DNA of 64,000 bases from Eledone cirrhosa (lineage: Eukaryota). The notes beneath the pieces were generated by a model. That model saw only the letters and a program-made list of their open reading frames with translations, ran no database searches and was not told the origin of the DNA. Numbering within the stretch: position 1 is the first letter of the stretch; each line of letters starts with the position of its first letter. Shown piece after piece: positions 41,069-54,724 of the stretch. The stretch covers positions 248,001 to 312,000 of the forward strand of contig OZ024762.1 in the NCBI GenBank assembly GCA_964016885.1, given 5' to 3'. The position numbers were made by a program, and so were the translations under genes.

Positions 41069-41477
41069 CATACAAGAACATCCAAGAATCTCTTCAACTG
41101 GAACTTTGACTTATTAAAGAGAAAATGATGGAAACCAATGATGTGTAAAACACAGACTGCTGCACATCAAATACTAGAAAATACCTTTAGAGATATATCA
41201 GTTATATAGGGGAAGGTTTTGGTCCCTTTAGGTCTAATATTGCTCCCTTATATAGGGGAAGGTTTTGGTCCCTTTAGGTCTAATATTGCTCCCATTCAGT
41301 TTTATATATGGAGTTTGTTTGCCCCTCTATGTCCAATATATGTACATATATATATTTATATATATATATATATATATATAATAATGAGAGGTATACAAAT
41401 ATATGTGTATACATACATATACATGTATATATAAACATACATTTTTCACAAGTATGTATCTATTATTCCTTTTTATA

Positions 41478-41529
<52 letters not shown>

Positions 41530-42910
41530 TATATATATATATATATATACATATATGTATATACATATATGTATATGTATATATATATACATATATGTAT
41601 ATATATATATACATATATGTATATATATATACATATATGTATATATATACATACATTTATATATACATATCTATCTATATATATATATGTGTATATATAT
41701 ACATATATACATACATGTATATATACACACCTGCCCACTCAATCTATACAATTCCATTATTTCTCTCCCTCCTCCTCCCACCACTCATCCTTACCCTTCC
41801 TCCCACTTCTTTTCTCTCTTTACCACTCTTCCCTCCTCCTCTCCACACTTTTCCCCCCTCTTTACCATACTCTTCTCCTCCCCTTCCTTTATTACACACT
41901 CCCACTCACTATATCCCCTTCCTCTTTCCTCCAACTATAACCAGTCCCTCCCTCTCTCTCTCTCTCTCTTAATCTTTCACTTTCAAAGACACCCAAACAA
42001 TCCCTTTTCTTCCCCTTGCTCTCCTCCCAGACACACATACATAGTCACACACACAGAGTCATACACACATACAGTCACACACACATACAATCACAGTCAC
42101 ACACACACACATACAGTCACACACACACACACATAGTCACACACACACACAGTCATACATATGCACACAGGCATACACTCCCCCACACACACAAACACAG
42201 GCGCACGCACACACACACACACACACACAGACAAACAAAGGCAAACACACACACACAAACACATACACTCACACTGGATCTGTCTCTTTGTCTGTCATTT
42301 TGTCATTCTCTCTTTCATTGTCTCTCTTTCTCCACATTCTCTCCATAAACTGTCACTAGCAAAAAACACACAACACCACCTCCACCACCACAACATCACA
42401 ACCACCTCCACCACTACTACTGCCACCACTACTACCACCACCACCACAACACTACCACCACCACCACAACACTACTACCACCACCACCGCCACTACAACA
42501 CTACTACCACCACCACCACCACCACAACACTACTACTACCACTACAACACTACTACCACCACCACCACCACTACAACACTACTACCACCACCACCACTAC
42601 AACACTACTACCACCACCACCACCACCACTACCACTACAACACTACTACCACCACCACCACCACCATCACCACTACCACCACCAGTGCCTAGCCTCTTCA
42701 TCTGATCCGCCCCTCCAAAAGGCTTCAGTCTCTCAAACACAACACACGACACCTTATATACATACATTACACAATATATATATATACACATACATAACAT
42801 ATATATACATTATACAATATATATACACACATACATACATTAAACATATATATATATATATAGACATTATATATACCTATAATATATACACTATACACAC
42901 TTCTACGACA

Positions 42911-42987
42911 ATGTCCTCAATCCAAGACAAGGAAAAAATTATTGAATTCTACGAGGATGTAAGAAGTGATTCTACCGACACAAATTG
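42911..42987 (+). CDS. COTL1: Coactosin-like protein (ADF-H family), coding exon 1
   Basis: MSSIQDKEKIIEFYEDVRSDSTDTNW|gtgagt; the YEDVRSD..TNW motif is typical of coactosin. 77 nt. Confidence 0.9.
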
Positions 42988-43235
42988 GTGAGTGGGGGGA
43001 GGGCTTCTTTGTTGATATATTCATGGCTGTATATATACACTGTATAAATATATATACACTGTATATATATATATATATATATATAATATATTTACATATA
43101 TATATATATACCGTCTAACCCATGCTAGTGAGGAAAATGGACGTTAAACGAAGATGATGATGATGATATATATATATATATATAGTGTGTATATATATAT
43201 GCACTGTATATATATATATACATGTATATATATAA

Positions 43236-43301
<66 letters not shown>

Positions 43302-43867
43302 GTCTGTATGTGTATGTTTTGTATATATTTATCTCTCTCTCAGTATATATCTGTATCTGTATATATATATATGTAAATGTGTGTATGTGTTGGTGTGTAC
43401 ATGTCTCTCTGTGTTTGTGTATCTCTCTCTCTCCTTCTGTGTATATGTGTGTTTGTGTATATATATATATGTCCCTCTGTGTTTGTATATGTATATATGT
43501 GTTTGTATATATATATATATACACCTTTCTCTCCCTCTCCTCCTGTGTATATGTGTTTGTATATATATAGACATGTCTCTCAGTGTATATATATATATAC
43601 ACCCCTTTCTCTCTCTCTCTCTCCTTCTGTATATGTTTCTATGCGTGTGTGTGTCAGTGTATGCATGTGTGTATGTGTATACATGTATGTGTGTGTGTAT
43701 ACATGTATGTGTGTGGGTATACATGTATGTGTGTGTGTGTTCACATGTATGTGTGTGTATATACATGTATGTGTGTGTATATACAGATGTGTGTATGTGG
43801 AAGCTGGTTAGATGATGTTTATACAAAAGCCTATCTTTGTCACATATCATAGGGTGCTGGACTGTGA

Positions 43868-44093
43868 TGGTGAGACTACACGTGTCTGTGTGAACCTAGG
43901 TATACTCAGCCACCTACAATGACATCTATGGTGAGACTACACGTGTCTGTGTGGTCTAGGTATACTCAGCCACCTACAATGACATCTATGGTGAGACTAC
44001 ACGTGTCTGTGTGAACTTAGGTATACTCAGCCACCTACAGTGACATCTATGGTGAGACTACACGTGTCTGTGTGGTCTAGGTATACTCAGCCA
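43868..44093. repeat. About 60-bp minisatellite x4 in coactosin intron 1
   Basis: Unit ggtgagactacacgtgtctgtgtg..ctaggtatactcagccacctacaatgacatctat. Confidence 0.88.
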
Positions 44094-44172
44094 GTTACTA
44101 ATTCAATGAGTCAGGTCATCTATTCATTAAAGAGCTGAATGGTCATGTGTCATTGTTGAGGGTAGTGTTCTG

Positions 44173-44221
<49 letters not shown>

Positions 44222-44224
44222 CAT

Positions 44225-44287
<63 letters not shown>

Positions 44288-44288
44288 C

Positions 44289-44335
<47 letters not shown>

Positions 44336-44394
44336 CATACATATATATATATACATACATATATATACATATATATATGTGTGTGTGTGTGTGT

Positions 44395-44533
44395 AGGATG
44401 TCCCCCAAAAAATGTATATACAATTTGATTACCTGCAAATGCAATATTTATTAGAATGCAGTGTCTACATTTTTTGGAACACCCTATATATATATATATA
44501 TATATATAGGGTGTCCCAAAAAATGGGGCACCC
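44395..44533. mobile_element. Tc1/mariner-like MITE plus a TIR-only mini copy, separated by (TA)n
   Basis: taggatgtccccc...ttggaacacccta (TA)n tagggtgtcccaaaaaatggggcacccta. Confidence 0.65.
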
Positions 44534-45024
44534 TATATATATATATGCATATGTATGTATGTGTGTTTGTCTGTATGTGTGTGTATGTTTGTATGTCAGT
44601 ATGTGTGTGTGTATCTTTACATGTGTCTGTCAGTGGTGGTGGAAGGAGACTGTCAGACTCAAGTTGTCTGCAATATTTTCTTCAGGGAGAGAAACTGTCA
44701 TTGTTTGGTGACAACAAAGGTTCTATAGGTGTCTGTCTGTCTGTCTGGCTGGCTGGCTGTATGTTTGTCTGGCTGTCTGTTTGTCTGGCTGGCTGTCTGT
44801 CTCTCTCTCTGTCTGTCTGTCTGTCTGTCTGCCTCTCTCTGTCCGTCTGTCTGTCTGTCTGCCTCTCTCTGTCTGTCTGTCTGTCTGTGCAATAGAAACA
44901 GTGTGAGTCTCTTTGTCTGTCTAAATATGTATGTATGTGTGTGTGTGTGAGACAGTCAGTATGTAGCAGACAGTGTGTATGTGTGTGTGTATATATATAT
45001 ATATATATAAAAATCTTATATATA

Positions 45025-45062
<38 letters not shown>

Positions 45063-45684
45063 TATATATATAAGATGTTATACAATCACTAAACTATATA
45101 CATATGTATATGTGTGCATCATCATCATCGTTTAACATCCATCTTCCACGCTAGCATGGGTTATATATTTGTGTATATGTATGTCTGTATATGTATATAT
45201 GTGTGTATATGTATATATATGTGTGTATATGTATATATGTATGTACATGTGTGTGTATATGTATATATGTGCTCGTTTATTTACCTAAGGCAGGTATTAA
45301 AAGGTGTTTGAGGTGGTGAGATGGTTAAGTAACAACAAAAATGTTCCATTAACAGAGTTTAAACATTTGAGAGTGGACAAACAACTGTGCTGTGGGTGGG
45401 GGTGGTACGTTGACACAACTGGTGTGTGGGTGGGGGTGGTACTGTGGTGGAGGTGTCCCCATGACATACCTTGTGTGGGCAGTGTTTAAGTAGCTGGTTA
45501 CCTCTCAACATGTCAGGTTGACATACCTCTTTCTCTTCTATATACATGTGTGAAATTAGCATGAATGTGGCTGAGTATTCCACAGACATTGTACCTTTAA
45601 CTTAGTTCTTGAATGTGGCTTAACTTACCATTAAAAACACACCTCTGGCCCTCAACAGTCTATTGGCCAGAGTCATCTTAGCTG

Positions 45685-45952
45685 ACCAGTCCACCCTGTA
45701 GTGTGGTAGTGCTGGTGACATGACAAAAAGCACCCAGTCCACCCTTTAGTGTGGTAGTGCTGGTGACATGACAAAAAGCACCCAGTCCACCCTGTAATGT
45801 GGTAGTGCTGGTAACATGACAAAAAGCACCCAGTCCACCCTGTAGTGTGGTAGTGCTGGTGACAACAAAAAGCACCCAGTCAACCCTGTAATGTGGTAGT
45901 GCTGGTGACATGCAAAAAGCACCCAGTCCACTCTGTAATGTGGTAGTGCTAG
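45685..45952. repeat. About 45-bp minisatellite x6 derived from a retroposon tail segment
   Basis: Unit aaaaagcacccagtccaccctgtaatgtggtagtgctggtgacatgac; compare the single copies aaaaagcaccca at 36902 and 39680. Confidence 0.85.
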
Positions 45953-46038
45953 TAATAATCGTGGTGGTGATGGTGATGTTGATGATGATGATGATTTTCA
46001 GTGTAACATTATATATCTATGTATCTCTCTCTTAACAG

Positions 46039-46121
46039 GGCGCTGTTGTCATATGAAGGGAAGAATATAGTACCCCTAACGACTGGGGTAGACTTCGAAA
46101 AATTCATTTCTCATTTCACAA
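46039..46121 (+). CDS. COTL1: Coactosin-like, coding exon 2 (not in ORF track)
   Basis: cttaacag|(W)ALLSYEGKNIVPLTTGVDFEKFISHFT(N)|gtaag. 83 nt, phases fit both neighbours. Confidence 0.88.
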
Positions 46122-46704
46122 GTAAGAACTATTTCTCTTCTTCTTTGACCACTTATTCCTGGGAGGACTCTGTTGGCAGAGCCCTCTAATGCTCCTTCCA
46201 GTGGGTCCTGTCAGAAGCAACCATCTCCAATTGATCTACTAGATCCCCAAGTGAGACCAACCAAGCTCATGTTGTTGTTACATCTCACACCTATGTAGGT
46301 TTAGCTGGTCTCCTACAAGGTTGTATCTTATAGGTTTCTCAGGTGTTTTAATGAAAGGGGCGCCAGTCCTATCATGTTGGGTGGTGTCAAGTGGTTTGAT
46401 ATCACAAAACCAGGGCGGGGGAATATCAACTTCATGTTTTATATTTTTATTATATATTTTTATTGAGAAAATAATAATGAAAACTATTGTGTACAGTGCT
46501 CAGGTGCACTACAACTCATCAAAGGTGCATGTACAGTACATAGAATAATGTACAAATGTCAGGAAAGTGAAGTCTATGAGTCATGATATACATACACACA
46601 CACATACATGCGTGTGTGTATGGAGGGGGAATATCAGGTGTAGTGTTGGCGAATTTCGGGAAGCATTTTGAAGGATGCAGTGTCCCAAGAGGTGGTATAT
46701 CATC

Positions 46705-46848
46705 AGAGCTATGGCCCTTTGCGTTCTGAGTTCAAATCCTGCCGAAGTTAACTTTGGCTTTCATCCTTACGGGGTCGATAAAATAAAGCACCAGTAATAC
46801 ACTGGGGTAATTGCTGGCTTTGTACCAAAAGTAGAAACAATTATTATA
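46705..46848 (+). mobile_element. SINE family A (5'-truncated), in coactosin intron 2
   Basis: B box plus body. Confidence 0.8.
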
Positions 46849-46880
46849 TATCATTCATATAATTATTACCTGTGTTTCAG

Positions 46881-47038
46881 ATGATGAACGTGTATACGGT
46901 TACCTGCGTGTTGAAACTGGGGATGAGATGAGCAGACGTACCAAGTTTGCGTTCATTACCTGGGTTGGAAATGAGGTGTCAGCTCTTAAGAAGGCCAAAG
47001 TTAGCACAGATAAACACTTTGTACGAGAAATAATGAAG
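46881..47038 (+). CDS. COTL1: Coactosin-like, coding exon 3
   Basis: tttcag|DERVYGYLRVETGDEMSRRTKFAFITWVGNEVSALKKAKVSTDKHFVREIMK|gttagt. TGDEMSRR.KF..ITW.G is the coactosin signature. 158 nt. Confidence 0.95.
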
Positions 47039-47086
47039 GTTAGTTTTATATCCTACAGACTTTCTCATTTCATTCTCGCATTCGTC

Positions 47087-47123
<37 letters not shown>

Positions 47124-48501
47124 TAACTCTATCTCTCTCTCTCTCTCTTGGAACATATCACAGATTAAACAAATAGCTCTCTCTCTCTGCCTGATGAGGT
47201 TGTATCTCTTACATAACAGAGACCTCAGAAATGTACATAACAGTAACAAAGTCATCAATAAAATGATGGAAGATTCAAATATGCTGACTTCTTCATTATC
47301 TATATATATGTATATATATATAATAATAATGGGTGAACCTACAGTAACTTCGAGTTATACTCCCTGGATATATGTATCATCATCATCATCATTTTATGTC
47401 CGCTTTTCCCTGCTTGCAAGGGTGGGACAGGTCCTATTTAGCACAGCAGCTCTCCACTTGTCACGGTCCTGTCATCTCCATGAGCTTCAGCGATCTGAGG
47501 TCTGCTCTCACCACTTCTGCCCATGTTTTTCATTGTCTTCTATCTATATGTGTATATATGTATCTATATGTATATATATATGTATATATATGTATCTATA
47601 TGTATATATATGTATCTATATGTATATATATGTGTATATACTTTTGAATTGTAATATAATTATCTGAGGTAGTGGTTGAGCCATGAAGAAAGCTTCCAGT
47701 CGACACTGTAATTTGTTGGGGGGTTAGGAGGGGCAACCAGCCATAGAAAGCCAAACCAAACCAAACAAAAAACACAGATCATATGAGCAAGAGGTGGTCA
47801 CCTGACCTGTGTGGCCTCATAACATGACAGCTTGTCTAACTCATGTAAATATAGAAAATAGTTGTTAAACAAGAATGGTGATGATATATATATAAATTTC
47901 AGGACGCAATGGCTGAGCTCTTGCCATTTCAACAGCTAGATCCAAGATATATATAAATATATATGTATATATATATTTATATATATATATATTAATTCCA
48001 TCATCATCATCGTTTAACATCTATCTTATATATACATAAATACATACACACATATATATATATATGTATGGATGTATATATATATATCCAAATGAAATGA
48101 TGATGATGATGATATCCATGCTAGCGTGGATAAATGGACGTTAAACGGTGATGATCTATATATGTATGTATGGGGGGGGGGGGTCTCGGGGGAGGGGTGT
48201 TGGTTGGAGGGAGACAAACATGTACTCCAAACAATCCTTCCACCCCCTCACATTCTCTCGTTAAACATTTATCATTAATCCAACTGTTAATTTAGGAGGA
48301 GGCGAGGGTGGGAGGGCGACCCTGGTAGCGACTCTGATAAGTGCAATTTACACTTTAAACACTTCCAATTATCTCTTCTTATCTCTGGACATTGACATTG
48401 TTGTTGTTGTTGCTCTCATCAACTACAGTAATTAGTGAACCACTAACGACATACAAACGTTGACAATGTATATAGTATATAACGATCATTATTAATTGGA
48501 A

Positions 48502-48665
48502 GAGGGCGGCGGTGGATTGGCAGTAGAGCGTCAGGCGCCATGCTTTGCAGCATAGAGTTGCGGCCCTTTACGTTCTGAGTTCAAATCCCACAGAGGTTAT
48601 CTCCGTCTTTCGTCGTTACAGGGGTCAATAAAATAAAGTACCAGTAATACACTGGGGTCAATTTA
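48502..48665 (+). mobile_element. SINE family A
   Basis: agggcggcggtggattggcagtagagcg head and B box. Confidence 0.78.
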
Positions 48666-48924
48666 GCCAATTTCATGGTAAAGGCTTTATCTTACATAAT
48701 TATCTCCCATAATATCGAATCTACAAGATTTTGATAATATTTATGTTGAGAACAATACCTTAATATCAGTATGAGCTGCCAGTTACGGCCAGTTTGAATA
48801 GAAAGAGGTGAGAGAATTCTGGCCGGTTATGGCCAGTTTAAATGCTAAAGGGTTGAGGTTGTATTGAAGGAGGAGATAATAGACCAGGGGATGTCCAGGG
48901 TGGAAGTAACAAAGGGGAAGAACA

Positions 48925-49200
48925 ACCTGAATGAAATGACCCTTCATAGCAGCTTTTTAAAGAAAACAGAATTCAGAGATCCACAGATATAGAATTGGTT
49001 ATATAGAACCTTAAGAAAGCTAGAGGGAATGCTATTGGCTGCAGAGGAAGAGGCCCTTAGAATGAAGTGGATGAAACACCAAGGAGGAGGCTAGCCCACT
49101 ATGTCGGATTTGTGGCTCACATTGTATCCATGTGTAAACACCTAGCCCAGATTCACTATAAAGGATGGAGGCATGGTGTGATAGGAAAAGTGATCCCCCG
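48925..49200 (+). mobile_element. Decayed R4/Dong-like (REL) non-LTR retrotransposon fragment
   Basis: KLEGMLLAAEEEALRMKW and LAQIHYKGWRHGVIGKVI resemble the EG.LLAAQEQAL and Y..RH...A motifs upstream of the REL nuclease; contains stops and frameshifts. Confidence 0.55.
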
Positions 49201-50663
49201 GCATTTATGACAACTGATGTTCAGTTTAGGGTATTTACTGAGGGTGACTAGACTGAGTGGAGCAATAACGGGGTTATTTACGTGTATATGTGTGTGTGTG
49301 TGTGTATATATTTATATATATGTGTTGTGTGTGTGTATGTATATATTTATATGTGTGTTGTGTGTGTGTATGTATATATTTATATGTGTTGTGTGTGTAC
49401 ATATATATATAAACACACACACTCATAGGAGCAATGTGTATGTACATATACGTGTATATATGTTCGTGTGTGTATATATATATATATATACACACACTCA
49501 ATGGAGCAATGTGTATGTACATATATATATACATACACACACTCTTAGGAGCAATGTGTATGTGTATATATGTGTGGAGAAGTAGTCTGTGTGGGTATAT
49601 GTCCTGCAGCACACACATACATACATCCAGATACATACAAAAACACATACATACATATACACATGCACACAGACACAGAGACACAAAAATAAATAAAAAG
49701 TCCCAAAGGTTAACAAGATTGGCCTCCCCCTCCCCCGGTGGGGAGGTCTCACACCTCCCCCTTTCACACAAACTTTAGACTCAATTTTCAACTATGTCAA
49801 TCCACCCCCCTCACCTCTCTCCACATCTCATGGTTCCACTGTGTCAATATAAATCTGTCTCTTTCTCCATCTCTCACTCTTCTTCTCATACACTGTCTTT
49901 CTCTCTCTCTCTCTCACATAGTCTTTCACTATCACTTTCTCACACCTTCTCTCCCTCTCTCACTCTATTAAGTTAAGTTCCAAATAACTTAATGGGAAAG
50001 TTAGTTATATTACTAAATTCTTCCAAATTTGTTACTGTTTTCAAAATTATCCAAAAAACAGAGTGTCTTTCATTAGAAATATGGTAATGAAAGGGTTTGA
50101 TAGGCTATTGAGACAAGGAGGGGTGAAATACAGATTAACAGACAGACTGACATACAGACAGACTGATAGATAAAAGAAAGACCCCCCCCAAAAAAAATTA
50201 TCCCCGTCCCCTACACCTTCATTAAAATAATTACATTTCTAAAATGTCATGTGTTTGGCAGAAATATGTTATATTCCACCAGGGACATGTTATTGGGTCT
50301 TTAGGGTTGATGGGTACAGACAAACAGATAGACAGACAAACAGACAGATAGACAAACAGACAGACAGACAGACAAATAGATAGATAGACAGACAGACAAA
50401 CAGATAGACAGACAAACAGACAGATAGACAAACAGACAGACAGACAGACAAATAGATAGATAGACAGAAACAGACAGACAGATATGTTTCTTTATTAGCC
50501 ACAAGGGCACAAAAGGGGACAAATACAGACAAGATAGATAGATAGACTGATGGATAGACAGATAGATAGATAGAGGAAGAGAGAGAGAGAGAGATGAATG
50601 GATGGACAGACAGATCTATGTCAATCTCTAATCTGATTTTGTTTTGTTTTTCTCTATTTCCAG

Positions 50664-50777
50664 AATTATGCAATTGAAATGTTTGCCCAGGACACCTCAG
50701 ATGTCACTTACAATGTGATAATGGACCACATAGTGAAAGCCGGTGGAGCAAATTATGGCACAGGACACAGAGATTAA
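50664..50777 (+). CDS. COTL1: Coactosin-like, terminal coding exon 4 (not in ORF track)
   Basis: ttccag|NYAIEMFAQDTSDVTYNVIMDHIVKAGGANYGTGHRD*, with the KAGGANY motif. The four exons total 432 nt = 143 aa plus stop. Confidence 0.92.
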   Translation, partial: NYAIEMFAQDTSDVTYNVIMDHIVKAGGANYGTGHRD

Positions 50778-51001
50778 TACTCACACTACCATATACAGTT
50801 GTTGTTGTTGCTGCGGGGGGTGGGGTATCTAATGGACAACATAGTGAAGGCCGGTGGAGCAAATTATGGCACTGGACGCTACAATTGTTTTTGTTGTTGT
50901 TGGGGGCAGGATATCTACTATATAATAATTATATAGTTGGTGTTGGTGTGGGTAGGGGAAGGTTTCTTTTTTTTTTTAAGAAATAACAATAATAATAATA
51001 A

Positions 51002-51267
51002 TAATAATTGTTTCTACTTTAGGCACAAGGCCAGCAATTACCCAGTGTATTACTGGTACTATATTTTATCGACCCCGTAAGGATGAAAGGCAAAGTCAAC
51101 CTCGGTGGGATTTGAACTCAGATCGTAAAGGGACGTAACTATGCGATCTGAGTTCAAATCCCGCCGAGGTTGACTTTGCCTTTCATCCTTACGGGGTCGA
51201 TAAAATATAGTACCAGTAATACACTGGGTAATTGCTGGCCGTGTGCCTAAAGTAGAAACAATTATTA
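51002..51267. mobile_element. Inverted pair of SINE family A segments forming a ~265-bp palindrome
   Basis: Arms of about 125 bp that are near-perfect reverse complements, separated by a ~15-nt loop. Confidence 0.9.
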
Positions 51268-51543
51268 CTATTATCATATTAGTTCAAATCCCGCAAATAA
51301 TAATAATAATGATAAGGATTTGGGACTGTTATGAGATCGAGGTCATCCCCAATTGTCATAGGAGCACTAGGTATCTTGAAGATATTTATTAGAATGCTGT
51401 TGAAGCACGTTCCCATGCTTGCTGGGAACAACAACAACTCTCCGAAACGTCCTGAATATCTGAGGCTGCAGGTAGAAACTTGATGTTCATTTGAACAAAC
51501 TTTCCAGTTAAATAACATCAATGACAGACTCCAAAAAAAAAAA

Positions 51544-51544
<1 letters not shown>

Positions 51545-51581
<37 letters not shown>

Positions 51582-51790
51582 TTTCTGCTTTAGGCACAAC
51601 ACCAGCAATTTATTTAGAAGGGAAATTCAATCAAATCGACCCCAATGTATTACTGGTACTTTATTTTACCAACTCCATAAGGATGAAAGGCAAAGTTAAC
51701 CTCAGCAGGATTTGAACTCAGAATGTAAAGGGTCGTAACTCTATGCCGCAAAGCATACTGTCTGACGCTCTACCGTTACTGGCAATCCAT
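51545..51790 (-). mobile_element. SINE family A
   Basis: Reverse complement of the full head, body and (AAT)n tail. Confidence 0.8.
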
Positions 51791-52589
51791 AACATTAATA
51801 ATGATGACAATATGTTATATTTGCCACCATGGCAACGAAGGAGACATTAAAAAGACAAATAGTAAAAACTATGCAGGGTAGAGGGGCGGGGGTCTTGCAG
51901 AATTGATTGGAAATAAAATATAAACTGTCCTCCAACCCTGGAAGGAAGAGGCAAATTAGGGGTCAATTGAGGGCCAAAAACCCACCACCACCACCACCAC
52001 CACATTCCACATAAATCCAGGATTACGCTGCCAATAACAAGTACCCCACCCCTTCCATCTTTGTTCTCCAGCCTACAGGGTCCATGTTGAAACAAGGACC
52101 ATTCATTCAGGGAACATTCCTGTCTCCGTAAATGTCTTCTCAGGGTACCTGCCACTTTCAATGTCTAGTCTATGAGGGTATCTTCCTGTAACCCTGAATT
52201 TCTGGTCATCAGGGTACATTCTCTCATCTTCCTGAACGTTTAGTCTATCAGGGTACATCCCTGCCACCGTCAGCCCCACCTCTCAATATTCAGTAAATCC
52301 ACCCAAGGACACCCCACCCCCAACGACACCAACCCCATCCCCTCCCCATGCTCACCTTCCTCGACAACTGAAACTTCAACTTAATAATAATAATAATAAT
52401 AATAAACAACAATCCATTTTTATTTCTTTTTTGTTTTCATTTTATTGGTTTTTTTATTCTTTTACTGGACTGTGGCCATGCTGGGGCACCACATTCTTTT
52501 AATCATATAACGGTGCCAACATATTGCAATAGAGAACATTTCATTAGAAATATGGTTACTTTACATTATATAAGAACCATGGTAAGTTC

Positions 52590-52848
52590 CAAGTCTAAAG
52601 CAACTGAGTCTACAACACTCTCTCCTGGATAGGACGCCAGTCCATTGTAGGGTTAAACCCCCAGCTATTGCTGGTACTCATTTTGAGCTAAGTATACTGG
52701 AACAACGTAAAATGAAGTGTTTTGCTCAAGAACACAACACACAACCCAGGAATCGAACCCAGGAATCGAACCCAGGAATCGAACCCAGGAATCGAACCCA
52801 CGACATTACAATCCTAAGTCCAACACCCTTACCACTAGGCCACACACC
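52590..52848 (-). mobile_element. CORE-like tRNA SINE with a 4x repeated B box
   Basis: On the - strand: gtggcctagtggtaagg A box, (gggttcgattcct)x4, then gtgttcttgagcaaaacacttcatttt. Confidence 0.75.
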
Positions 52849-53079
52849 ACATGCTAAGTTACTATTTTAGTAATGAAATAATTATTAATTTAATAAATAC
52901 CTCTAAATTCTTCATTAATTAATTAAAGTAAAGTGTGTTTAATTAGAAATATGGTAATGAAAGGGTTAAATTACAACCTCCCAGTTGATATCTTATGACC
53001 AAGAGAAATAGTGAGGTGACGATGTGAGGTATATATATATATATATTTGTGTGCATATTCTGTGTATAATGATGTTTAA

Positions 53080-53252
53080 CCCTTTAGCATTTAAAAAAGC
53101 CATATTCAGCTGCTCATACTTATTTTAAGGCATTATTCTCAAAATATATATCATTATCATGTAGATTCGATATTATGTGAGATATTATGTGAGGTAAAGC
53201 CTTTACTGTGAAAATACAATAGTATATATAGAGTAATGTAAATGGTAAAGGG
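53080..53252. mobile_element. piggyBac-like MITE (internally deleted)
   Basis: TTAA TSDs and CCCTTTA termini. Confidence 0.78.
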
Positions 53253-54008
53253 TTAAACTAACCAACTGCCCTAACCCATAGACATATAATCAAAACCCTC
53301 CAAAAGCACTGTAAACCTGCACTTATAACCCTTGGTGAACCATTGACCACACCAGATACCAAACAGGCAAGACAGAGATTATCAAGCTGCAGCTGTCATA
53401 TTACATATGTTAATTGTAAGGTTAGCCCCTATATCTAACACATGAAAATATAACTGTTGTGGGGCTGAAGGGCCTGTGAGGTGAATTATCTTCAAGCTAC
53501 ATTCCACAAGTCCACAACACAGCTGGTTATCTGTATAAAAACACTTGTCCTCTCATCCTAATCTTTCTTCTGTAAGGCCCCTACTTGAGATTTTTATATC
53601 AACCCACCTCAACCTTTCCTGAAAAACTAGAAAAATCCGGCCTATCCTTAATTCCTTAATTGTTTTTCCTCACAAAGAAACTATTTTTGATTTTCTGATA
53701 AATAATCACAGCTTTTATTTACCATACTTTTGTGGATGTGTGTGTGTATTTTTATGTCTGTGTGTATACACACACACACACATATATATATATACACACA
53801 CACACATACATATAAATATACACATACATATATATATATATATATACACACACACATACATATAAATATACATATACACATATATATATATATATACACA
53901 CATACATATAAATATACATATGCATGCATGCATGCATGCATGCATACATACATACATGCATACATACATACATACATACATATACATACACATACGCACA
54001 CACACACA

Positions 54009-54050
<42 letters not shown>

Positions 54051-54164
54051 TGATAATGATGGCTGCAACTCGATTCCAAATCATATATATATATATATAT
54101 ATGTCCAGAAATAGCCGTTAAAACGGCGTGAGCTCTGCCGTCGGGTCATACTTTTTCCTATATT

Positions 54165-54195
<31 letters not shown>

Positions 54196-54724
54196 TTGTT
54201 TTGCAAGATTCTTGATGTGAAATCATGTGTTGAAACCAATATTGTAAAGTGGTCGTGTGGGTGTAACGACAAAAAGACCCCAGTCCACACTGTAAAGTAG
54301 TTGGCGTTAGAAAGGGCATCCAGCTGTAGAGCTCAAGCCAAAATCAGTTCTGTATGTGTAAGATTGGTCACCTGACCTAACATTGCCCACAACAGGACAA
54401 CTCGTCTAACCCATGCTAGCGGTGATGATGATGAAGAGGCCACAATATATGAAAGGAGACATACACTGAGGTAGGACAGAAACTTCGAAGTCACAGACAA
54501 ATAACTTCCAGTGACATTCTCACAAACGAAAATGAGGTTACACGAGGTTAAATACAAGAGTTACCTCCCTTGTACCACTGTTTATGCTAATAACAGAAGG
54601 TCGCTTAAATCTCCTAGAAATAACAGTCAAATGCCATCCATATCGCGTTTGACCGTTTCGATGGATACAATCAACTGGTATTAAGTGTGGGTTTCACGTT
54701 GGTAGTCTATAATAATGATAATAT

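Noticed and set aside
47190-47235. CTGATGAG...GAAA possible hammerhead
   Set aside because: Stem II does not close adjacent to GAAA and there is no compatible stem I or cleavage triplet.
53280-53650. Possible CR1-like LINE 3' remnant on the - strand
   Set aside because: Only a faint resemblance (MRG..., LWN); too decayed to call without a search.
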